From assembly GCF_001194135.2 (NCBI RefSeq), contig NC_068982.1:111660760-111707452 (forward strand): a stretch of DNA of 46,693 nt, given 5' to 3'. Below are positions 36,961 to 46,693 of this stretch, one piece after another; the first letter of the stretch is position 1; each line of letters opens with the position of its first letter. A model generated the notes under the pieces. The model made no database searches. It saw only the letters and a program-made list of their open reading frames with translations, and had not been told where the DNA came from. The position numbers were made by a program, and so were the translations under genes. Source of the DNA: Octopus bimaculoides (Eukaryota).

Positions 36961-37959
36961 CTTCATCATCCTAGTAGTTGCTATGAAGTTATGAGGGTCT
37001 AAGCACTAACTGCACCAGTGCAGAACCTATACATCAGGTATGCGATCCCGCCATTTTATATGCAAGATGGAGTGCAGATGACGAAGTTGGACTCGTGTTA
37101 GGGTCTTGATGTGCATGTTGTAGAGGGCCATATATATAAAATACACACAAATGATAGATTAAATACATTTATTGAAGGTTTACCAATGTTTCGGATAAGT
37201 GCTGGAGGGATTTAATTCCATAGTTCAATCGTATTAATCAATCATTCCATGGTCGATCGACTGAAAAACAAAAAACAAAACAATCACCCTCATATACCTT
37301 CCGCAGAGTCATAATGAATTGACTGCCAAATGAAAGGAATTTGATCAAGACGGTATTATTTGAAAACTAGATCATCTATTTTAAGCAAGTGTCTAACCAG
37401 TACTATCCAGGTAAAGCAGGAAATGTGAATAGTTGTAGCAACAAGAATCAAGGAATAGCAGGCCTGACCATGAAAGGGAATGAAATCTGATACCTTACTA
37501 CCTCGTTTAGGGCTGTCACAGATAGCCGGAACAGTGTATTGAAGTTTACTAATAGATTTTGAAATATTAGTAGATTGGAGATAGTCCTAAGTAATACAAA
37601 AGGGGGGAAAAATTGACAGATTGGAGATTCGCCAATTAATGAAACAGAAAGAAAAAAATAGCTATTCAATATATACTGAGATAACCAGTTTACAGTAAAT
37701 GATAAAGGTAGTAAGATTAATAACCAGAGATCATAAAGAGACTATAAATTGAAACAATATAGTAACAGGAAGACGACTGGAAAAATAGTGCCTAAAAGAG
37801 GCTGTTAAAGGAAATTAATGTAAAAATAGAATAAAAGAATGATAGCAATACAGGAAATTTACATTGAATGACTCTTTCATATGTGTGTGTGTTTGTGTGT
37901 GTGTGTGCATATATATATATATTACCTGTATCACCTGTATTACCTGTATCGACCAGAAT

Positions 37960-38350
37960 ATCGGATGTTGTCATATACCGTTGGTCACAATGTGCTTCAA
38001 GTTCTTTCTTGATTGCGCCATTCTTATCCACCTTGGCTCAAATAGTTTTACTAAATCATCTTCTCGGCGTCGTGGACGCCTTCTGAGTGGCTTTTTCGAT
38101 CTCTTGAATACCACTCATCACTCGTACGGGTTCACCTATTCTCGGTGAGCCTTGCAACATGAACGGCCCAGCGGAGCTTGTCCGTTCGGTTTTCTGCGAT
38201 CATTTCATCCACTCCACTCTATTCTCAAATTACCTTATTTTGGAAATACTCTTGCAATGATATAACTAGCATGGAACTTTCCATCGCCCTTTGCACCGTA
38301 GCCAATCGACATTTTTCTTTCTCCGGGGAATCTCATGTCACTCTTGAATG
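37960..38350 (-). pseudogene. RTE-clade LINE C-terminal fragment
   Basis: QRAMESSMLVISL...SGV...KLRWAVHVARLTENR*T resembles QRAMERxMLGISL...KWRWAGHVARxxDNRWT. Confidence 0.75.
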
Positions 38351-38504
38351 GAAGGCATTTACTTTGATAAAAAGATGTGTTCAAAGCAAAGCTGGACAAA
38401 ACACCACGTGCTAGTCACACCAACAACACCGTCTTTTATATAGATATACATACGTACATATATATATATATATATATATATGTACGTATGTATATCTATA
38501 TTGC

Positions 38505-38719
38505 TTTTATTTCTTTTACTTGTTTCAGTAATTTGACTGCGGCCAAGCTGGAGCACCGCCTTTAGTCGAGCAAATAGACCCCTGGACTTATTCTATATGT
38601 AAGCTTAGTACTTATTGTATCGGTTTCTTATGCCGAACCGCTAAGTTATGGGGACGTAAACACGCCAACATCGGTTGTCGAGCGATGGTGGAGGGGGACA
38701 AACAGACATACAAATACAT

Positions 38720-38770
<51 letters not shown>

Positions 38771-38825
38771 CGAGGGGCTTCTTTCAGTTTCCGTCCACCA
38801 AAGCCACTCACAAGGCTTTGGTCGT
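38505..38825 (-). mobile_element. Third SINE-like family with internal (TA)n tract
   Basis: gactgcggccaagctggagcaccgcctttagtcgagc...ccgctaagttatggggacgtaaacac, then a microsatellite, then ggcttctttcagtttccgtccaccaaagccactcacaaggctttgg. It is homologous in opposite orientation to 22930-23115. Confidence 0.7.
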
Positions 38826-38840
38826 CTCGAGACAAGCTTC

Positions 38841-38938
38841 TTATTTCTTTATTGCCCACAAGGGGCTAAACATAGAGGGGACAAACAAGGACAGACAAAG
38901 GGACTAAGTTGATTACATCGATCCCAGTGCGTAACTGG
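38841..38938 (-). mobile_element. 3' tail of a short SINE (alternative-tail subfamily), cut by an assembly gap
   Basis: ttatttctttattgcccacaaggggctaaacatagagggg matches 46264-46300. Confidence 0.8.
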
Positions 38939-39335
38939 NNNNNNNNNNNNNNNNNNNNNNNNNNNNNNNNNNNNNNNNNNNNNNNNNNNNNNNNNNNNNN
39001 NNNNNNNNNNNNNNNNNNNNNNNNNNNNNNNNNNNNNNNNNNNNNNNNNNNNNNNNNNNNNNNNNNNNNNNNNNNNNNNNNNNNNNNNNNNNNNNNNNNN
39101 NNNNNNNNNNNNNNNNNNNNNNNNNNNNNNNNNNNNNNNNNNNNNNNNNNNNNNNNNNNNNNNNNNNNNNNNNNNNNNNNNNNNNNNNNNNNNNNNNNNN
39201 NNNNNNNNNNNNNNNNNNNNNNNNNNNNNNNNNNNNNNNNNNNNNNNNNNNNNNNNNNNNNNNNNNNNNNNNNNNNNNNNNNNNNNNNNNNNNNNNNNNN
39301 NNNNNNNNNNNNNNNNNNNNNNNNNNNNNNNNNNN
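38939..39335. other. Assembly gap (N run)
   Basis: 397 N, starting inside a SINE. Confidence 0.99.
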
Positions 39336-39378
<43 letters not shown>

Positions 39379-39428
39379 TATATATATAAAAGAAAAATGT
39401 ATGGTAAATAAACAAACGACATAACGTA

Positions 39429-39738
39429 TATTGAGTGTGCAGCCGGACGGGAGACAAACACAAAATGTCCCTCATTGTTCGTCACTTATCAGCCAATAGG
39501 TAATACTCAGTTTTTGCACCATTAATGATAAGACTGAGAGTTTCCCATGTTGGCGGTGCCCGCAAAAAGATTTTTCTTGCGGAGAATTCAGGGCCGAGAG
39601 CAAACAAAACAAAGCAAAATAACAGAGTGTGATTTGGGACGTCCAGACATTGGGTCCTCTTCAAGACTTTCCCTTCCCCTCTTAAATTCAACTGCTCACT
39701 TTTGCACTTTTGTCTCCCGTCCGGTTGCACACTCAATA
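39429..39738. mobile_element. MITE, ~310 bp, TA-flanked
   Basis: tatattgagtgtgcagccggacgggagacaaa (39427-39458) and its reverse complement (39709-39740) match at 31/32 positions; no coding capacity. Confidence 0.85.
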
Positions 39739-39946
39739 TACAAGGACGAATAGACGAGTAAAATACGGCCTTAGAGCCAAGAAGACAAGAATAGTGGGTA
39801 ACACTTAGAAGATATCCTATAAGATAGAGAACGGAGAGAGAATTTGCGACTGGTTAGCTACGGGACCAGAGAAAGGGATGAATGACTGCAACAAATAAAA
39901 GAATAAAGAAAGAATAAATGAATATATATATATATATATATATATA

Positions 39947-40300
39947 NNNNNNNNNNNNNNNNNNNNNNNNNNNNNNNNNNNNNNNNNNNNNNNNNNNNNN
40001 NNNNNNNNNNNNNNNNNNNNNNNNNNNNNNNNNNNNNNNNNNNNNNNNNNNNNNNNNNNNNNNNNNNNNNNNNNNNNNNNNNNNNNNNNNNNNNNNNNNN
40101 NNNNNNNNNNNNNNNNNNNNNNNNNNNNNNNNNNNNNNNNNNNNNNNNNNNNNNNNNNNNNNNNNNNNNNNNNNNNNNNNNNNNNNNNNNNNNNNNNNNN
40201 NNNNNNNNNNNNNNNNNNNNNNNNNNNNNNNNNNNNNNNNNNNNNNNNNNNNNNNNNNNNNNNNNNNNNNNNNNNNNNNNNNNNNNNNNNNNNNNNNNNN
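39947..40300. other. Assembly gap (N run)
   Basis: 354 N between (TA)n tracts. Confidence 0.99.
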
Positions 40301-40353
40301 TATATATATATATATATGCATGTAAATTAATCTATACAAAATACAATGCTATA

Positions 40354-40568
40354 GATCCATTTCAGCCAATCTTACCAGTCGGTTTCGCACACGAATTCGG
40401 TAATTAGATGGTTACTTTAGACTGCAGTTGTCAGAGTGGCTGGGATGAGAAACTTGTCAACGGCTCTCTTTTCCACACCACCTATTCTGATGAGTGCAGT
40501 TACAGGTAATCACCTAATTACCTAATTTGTGTGCGAAAACCTATTAGTGAGATCGGCTGATTTGGATG
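40354..40568. mobile_element. MITE, ~215 bp, long imperfect TIRs, TA-flanked
   Basis: tagatccatttcagccaatc...tttcgcacacgaattcggtaattagatggttac (40352-~40415) versus gtaatcacctaattacctaatttgtgtgcgaaaacc...gatcggctgatttggatgta (~40506-40570). Confidence 0.75.
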
Positions 40569-40670
40569 TATAATACTATATACTATAAACATTTATATAC
40601 CCAGTGTATTGGACTAGGATATTAAAAACGAGTATCTCTTTTGTTTAAACTTATGGATTTTGGATTCTGG

Positions 40671-40721
<51 letters not shown>

Positions 40722-40722
40722 G

Positions 40723-40755
<33 letters not shown>

Positions 40756-40782
40756 ACATACATATATACTAAAAATATGTAT

Positions 40783-40840
40783 GTGCACACATACGTGCAC
40801 ACATACGTGCACACATACGTGCACACATACGTGCACACAC
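40783..40840. repeat. 12-bp tandem repeat (gtgcacacatac)n, ~4.5 units
   Basis: Read directly from the sequence. Confidence 0.9.
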
Positions 40841-42039
40841 ACGCACACATATCCAAGCATGCACATCAGTTCCTCGATTAACGAAATTAAAATTCTGTTC
40901 TTCTTCGTAATTAGAAACCAGGTTTTTTTAATGTAGATAAGTTATTTTGCTTATTGAAAATACTCCTTTTATATGTAAAACATAGTTGAAATAAATTTAT
41001 GTGCAAGCCAATAAAAGAATATACATCCTTTAGTTTATGAAATAAGCAAAATATACGAAATATACAAAATAATATGGCGCTCCTCGTTCCGTTAGGCTTT
41101 TTATTTTTATAGAATAATATCAAATATTGACTTCTTTGTCTACTTCTTACGCACCTCTTATTCTTCCCTTTAATAATTTAATACTATCAATACATATTTT
41201 TTAACTTGCATACTTCGTTCAAAATTTGAATTCTTTTCTGAAGCACAATGCATATGTTTTAGACATGTCTTCGTGGTTAAAACAGATTGTGGAGGACAGT
41301 GGCGTTGCTAGAGTGTGTGTAGCCATTAAGTTTGCCGCACCACTCGGCAATGCCTATATAAGCTTATAATGGAATTAGGTATGGATTAGGCAAAAATAAA
41401 AAAGGGTCGGAGAATGGCAAAAGGAATATATGTTTGTAGTATGGGTTGTGAGGAAAGGATGATGGGGACAGTCTTCCTATTTAAGGAGGGAGTGGGGTTG
41501 TTATTATTTGGGTTCATTCAGGCATACCTGTAAAGGAGACCGTTAGAAAACTTTCATGACCATGAATAAAACATACAAAAGTAGCTGTTGTTAATGAGGG
41601 TTTAGTGTTGACAAATAACTGGGTGTTTTTTGATATCCAATCATCTTTTAACATATAGCAAATCCACTATATGGAAAGTTGATTATTTCAGAATGTTGAT
41701 AGCTTGAGTTTGCTCAATAAATATTGAATTCACCAGTTCTTTCGTTCAAAATTGCAAAATACTGTAATAGGATGTTATATTTTGCCGCACGACAAAAATG
41801 AAGCTTATTGAAATTATTTATATGGAGGAACATGTGTTACATTTTCGATTTGATAATTATCTATATAGATTTATATATGATGGGTTTCAGCACTATTTCG
41901 CCTGCTCATACTCTGGTAGTTTCTGGTAGAAGACAACTCACTGTATGACTTATAAGAGATCGTACTGCATATATTTGTAAAGATGAGTTAGTCACGGTTA
42001 GAACGGCGTTCACCAAAAGTCTGTTGGATCAAGTTTAAC

Positions 42040-42720
42040 TGATGATTAAACTGAAAGAAGTTGGAAGTTGGGGGAAGATAAAAGAATATATCCAACTAGA
42101 TTAATGTTTTTGATGATTAGTTTCAGGTCATCTGTGAGGGTGTAGACCATTGGCCAAAGGCATTGCAGCTGTGCTCTCCTATAATTGTTTTGTGTTTTAT
42201 TTTTAGAAGTAACCATTGACAGGGAAGGAATTCTAGAGAGACAACATTTTAATGAGGAAGGATTGGACGCAGTGCTTAGCCCAGAAAGTGGAGTGACGAG
42301 AGTAGTGAGGAATGAGGTGAGTTTTTTTGAGTACTGATGGTACGAAGTCGTCCACTTGCCGAATGAACATCTTAACCACACAGCCATTCTTGTGCATATT
42401 GTATCTTGGACAACTCAAGTCAATGTAACCTTTTTTTTTACAGAATGTAGTTGTAATTTAAGGGTGATTTGGCAGGTATTTCTAGGAGACTGAGCAACCA
42501 TGTAGATAACCTCCTGTAGGCCAAAAGTTTTGGAAGAGGATTCAGTCGATTTACTGATATGTCCTTTCCTATTTCAAGCGATAAGCTGTAATTTTCGGGA
42601 AATTTAGCCGCTTTTCTTAACAAGTTGAGCAACCACATTAATTTCATCTTTCGTACGTCTAATAGGTAGTTTTCAGTATCAAGCCGGATGCATTTTAGTT
42701 CGAAGCTCAAATCCAGTTTA
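42040..42720 (-). pseudogene. Degraded LINE APE-domain remnant
   Basis: TIIGEHSCNAFGQW resembles IIGDFNAHxxxW; the overall layout resembles 17890-18660. Confidence 0.4.
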
Positions 42721-42789
42721 GATGGATTATATTTTCGTTAATCAGGTAATATTGTTAGCAAATATGAATTTCTAACATAAGCGCAAAGA

Positions 42790-42950
42790 TGTAGTCGTTT
42801 ATATCGGACCAGTACTTGACTGCTATTTTATTTCATCGACCCTTGTAAGATTGAAAAGCAGATCTGGATCTTGGTGGGATTTGAATCCATGCCGTCAAAG
42901 GTTGTAACTAAGTACCGCTAGGCGTTTCGTTTCGACACCCTAACGATCTC
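42790..42950 (-). mobile_element. Degraded short SINE
   Basis: tttatttcatcgaccc...gggatttgaatcc...accctaacgatct resembles the family consensus seen elsewhere in the window. Confidence 0.55.
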
Positions 42951-43239
42951 AGACAATACCTAGCTTTTGATTTAAACCTGAAAGTTTTAACGAAAAGATA
43001 TAAATGAGTGATTCGAAATTAGAACTGGTATATGAACCAACAATGAAGGAGTCTCTACTAGGCTGCTTGTTATGTTAGAAATAGAATCCAAGTCTCCGTG
43101 TAACCTTTCCTCGGTATCTTTAAAACAGGAGATAATATAGTATTAGCTACTTCATGTCTGGCAAGAGGTAAGATTGAAACCCTTTTGATCATAAGTCCTC
43201 TGCTCGATTATGATTGACCTGGGGCTAAATAACAACAAG

Positions 43240-43355
43240 ACTTTGCTTTCATTCTTTTGGGGTCGATAAATCAAGTACCAGTTGCATAGTGGGGTCGATC
43301 TAATCGAATGGCCCCCTCCCCCAAAAGTTCAGGCCTTGTGCCTAGAGTAGAAAAA
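43240..43355 (+). mobile_element. 5'-truncated short SINE
   Basis: gactttgctttcattcttttggggtcgataaatcaagtacc...ggccttgtgcctagagtagaaa. Confidence 0.75.
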
Positions 43356-43628
43356 AATAGTAGTAGTTCAGTCCCAGATCAGCTCAAACTAAGCAGACCT
43401 TTGATCCAAGGAATGCCAGTCGTAACCAACCCGTCTTTTTATAGGTATGTAGGACTACATTTCTCAGTATGGTATTTTTTTTTACTTAAGACAGACTGGA
43501 GGATGGAATCGAAGGGAATTTGGGTGCTAATTCTTGAAACTAGAAAGACCGCATAGAGGCCTCCTCCATGTATTAGATTACTCACACAATGTTTCATTCG
43601 TGCCGTTCCTTTAAGTTTACTACACATC

Positions 43629-43713
43629 TGAATTTATCACATACATGAGTTTATCACACACCTGAGTTTATCACACTCGTGAGCTTACCACACACTTGAA
43701 TTTAGCACACACC
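43629..43713. repeat. 17-bp minisatellite, 5 units (tgagtttatcacacacc)
   Basis: Units start at 43629, 43646, 43663, 43680 and 43697. Confidence 0.9.
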
Positions 43714-44709
43714 GGATTTTCAATGAATCAAGTAATCTCCTCTCTTGCTACCCGAGTTAAAGATGGTTTCAGGAATAACATAGGAAGCATTTATAGAAAT
43801 CTTAAAAGAATACATTTGGCAATAACATTCTGTTCATTACTTAACATCTAACTTAACACTTGCGAGAAGACAAAGTGCTGGTAAATTATACAGTGTAGTA
43901 CTCCCAGTACTTACTGCGGTAAGATGTACTTATCACCTATCAAACTGTACGTAGCTTCCAAGAGGTAAGGGGTTAAGCATGCTGCTTAAGAACACCATGT
44001 AGAAGCAATGACAGAATACAAAATACATGAACTCTTTATCAGATTCTTTACTAAGAATAGCGACACTAAATCGACATTTATTTTAAAGATATTGTTAGAA
44101 ATAGCTTCTAAATTTCTATGATGAGAGTAATTATTAGTATTTAAGGAGAAATATTTCAGACTCTTAACTTCCCATCTCTATCTATGCTGCTATGTTTGGT
44201 AAATTACGCCTCCAACGATTTCTTTTTTGGTTGTTGTTGTTGTTGATGATGATGCGACTCTGAGAAAAATTATCAAAAACTTTTCAGACCTGACCACCTC
44301 GTTTTTTTTGTATTTCAGGGAGTACATTTCTCAACGTGTTATTCTTATTTTTGTTGTTGTTTGTCCCACGCAACTCCAAATTTATCCTGAATGATTAAAT
44401 CTATGATCATATGCATTCCATTTACAATTATTTTTTACAGACATAGTGTAACCCGGACTACACTATACATGTTCGGGTTGTCCATCACTAATCCTGTTCC
44501 ATCACTAATTCGGCACAAATTTCAGCCGACCTACTTCTAATCTAAATTTTTCCGAGTGGCCGAATCAATCTGCTGCTAAAGTTTGTTACATAAACACATA
44601 CCGACATTACTCACAAGTACAGGCAAGGTATTTCGATTTTTTTTTGTTCTTTAATATTATAACCGGTTCACTTTCAGCCCCAACCATAGTTCTAATGAAT
44701 AAAGAAAAT

Positions 44710-45600
44710 GCATCTTGTTTTGTAAAGCGTAAATACCAGACATAGTTCATAAAAGATTAGGTTGAATTTTTTTAAAAAACTTGCCAGCAGTATGTCTGTA
44801 AAACGTCTGTGTGAATTATGCAGCATGGGCTTTTTCACAGTTTATTACATTAAGAAACATATAATTCTTTTCTTTTGCCAACAGTAATTCAAATAAACAG
44901 ATGTATAAAAGGAAAACAGTGAAAGATGGAAAAAGTTTAAAATTAGATCATGTTCTAATGAAATTCTAATACGTATAAGTGAAGGTGTTGAATTGTCTGA
45001 AGATCTGGAAGGAACTCGACAAAAAATTTCATAATCAATTAGTCCTACAATGTGTGGTGAAAAACGTTCTGTAGACAAGGAAGCACCTGCTAAATTTGTC
45101 GAGTTTGCACAATAGAATCATATAGAAAAGATGAAATTTTAAGTCTTGAGTAGGTTTACAATGAGGCTGAGACAGCAGTGATTTGGAAATGTACGTCACG
45201 AAGAACACTTACAATTAAAAGGCTATGAAGCATCAAATATGCATCAATCCCTATGTAGGATTGGTCTAATGCCACAAGAACACCGAGGCACAAGTTGCTG
45301 GTCGTCGATAAAGATTCACGCTCTGAGCATTTAGAAATATGGCTCAGTTACCTGTGAAAATATCCTACCAACAAAAGAGTTTGGATAACAAAGACATTGC
45401 ATTGTATTGATTTAGAAATTACTTTAAGAGCTCACTGTAACTCTGTTGTACTAAACCCTCAATTGTAAAGTTGTGCTTTTTTTAGTCAAGTGTTCCGCAC
45501 ATTATAAAGCAAAACTCCTAGTAAACAACGTTTTGGCATTTACCCTCCATCTAACTGCACCCCATCAATTCTGGCTGTCTTCGAGATTAATTTCGGTAAC
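44710..45600 (+). pseudogene. pogo/Tigger-like transposase pseudogene
   Basis: MSVKRLCE (HTH-psq-like), LDHVLMKF, CGEKRSVDKEA, VYNEAETAVIWK (resembles VYNADETGLFWK), NKRVWIT and KCSAH (resembles DNCxAH) occur in the expected order, with frameshifts. Confidence 0.75.
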
Positions 45601-45735
45601 GCTTAGTTGTAATGGGATTTAGCTCTCTCAGAAATATCTTTGCTCCGAGGATAATTTAGAGATTCTTATGCTGGTTCTGACAATTCAGTTTCTAAATATA
45701 ACTCGGGTAGAGTGGTTCCTATTAACACACACACG

Positions 45736-45768
<33 letters not shown>

Positions 45769-46099
45769 ACACACATGCACACACACACACACACACACAC
45801 ATGCACACACACAAACACACAAGCGCACGCACACAAAATACGATGATCAGATGATCTTCGTTTATTTAAAGCTTTTACTCATGCAAGTCTCAGTCAAATT
45901 GGTAATGCAATTATTTAAACCATCATTTTATATGTTGAGTGCTTTTTCTTTCCTTTGTACACATACTCTCCCACACTCACACATACACACACACACATAT
46001 GACGGCAACATTGTCACTAACCCAGTAACGTTACGTATGAATGTTACGCTTCTCTGAAGATTTGACAATGCAATTTGATTATATAATTTATATTCTTTT

Positions 46100-46494
46100 T
46101 TACTCTAGGCACAAGGCCCGAAATTTTTTAAGAGGTGGGGGCCAGTCGATTAGATCAGCCCCCACTACGCAACTGGTACTTAATTTATCGACCCCGAAAG
46201 GATGAAAGGCAAAATTGACCTCGGTGGAATTTGAACTCAGAAAGTAAAGACAGACAAAATACCTATTTCGTTATTGCCCACAAGGGGCTAAACGTAGAGG
46301 GAACAAACAAGAACAGACGAACGGATTAAGTCGATTACATCGACCCCAGTGCGTAACTGGTACTTAATTTATCGACCCCGAAAGGATGAAAGGCAAAGTC
46401 GACCTCGGCAGAATTTGAACTCAGAACGTAACGGCAGACGAAATACCGCTAAGCATTTCGCCCGACGTGCTAACGTTTCTGCCAGCGCACCGCC
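46100..46494 (-). mobile_element. Head-to-tail SINE dimer (full copy 46264-46494 plus truncated copy 46100-46263)
   Basis: Two cores aaggatgaaaggcaaa(a/g)t(t/c)gacctcgg with different 3' tails; junction at aaatacc (46257-46263). Confidence 0.85.
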
Positions 46495-46693
46495 TTACCT
46501 ATATGCATATATTGTCACTTGTATGTATATATCTTGAATGTGTATGCGTGCATATGAGTGTATACATGTTTGTATGTACACACACGCACCGACTACGGCT
46601 GCATGGCTGAGACGAGTAAAAGAGTATATATGTCTCTCTCTCCCCCACCCCTTTCTCTCTCTCTCTTTGTATATATATATATATATAAATATA

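Noticed and set aside
40485-40540. CTGATGA...GAAAAC hammerhead candidate inside the MITE
   Set aside because: No complementary stem II between the core motifs.
41297-41311. hAT-like TIR cagtggcgttgctag
   Set aside because: I found no matching inverted partner or 8-bp TSD.
43629-43713. CRISPR-like array
   Set aside because: The units are contiguous with no spacers, and the context is eukaryotic.

Overview
AT-rich, microsatellite-dense eukaryotic scaffold with five N-gaps. The SINE content and the (TA)n/(CA)n/(TCTA)n load look like an octopus (cephalopod) genome; this is inferred from repeat style, not from a search. I found no supportable host protein-coding exon or true tRNA/rRNA gene, so the window reads as intergenic or intronic. 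The only substantial ORF (10899/10926-12074) is an internally deleted Helentron (Helitron2) Rep-endonuclease fusion inside intact-looking DINE-1/HINE-type termini (~9816-12335), with a second 5'-type terminus close to the 3' end. Other elements: degraded Penelope-like elements (one with 110-bp inverted arms and a 15-bp TSD, plus hammerhead-like motifs), a fold-back mariner with two left ends, hAT and Tigger/pogo transposase pseudogenes, RTE and APE-type LINE fragments, two TA-flanked MITEs, and many tRNA-derived SINEs of at least three families. Coordinates were read by eye and those for degraded elements are approximate. Family names come from motif recognition without database searches.
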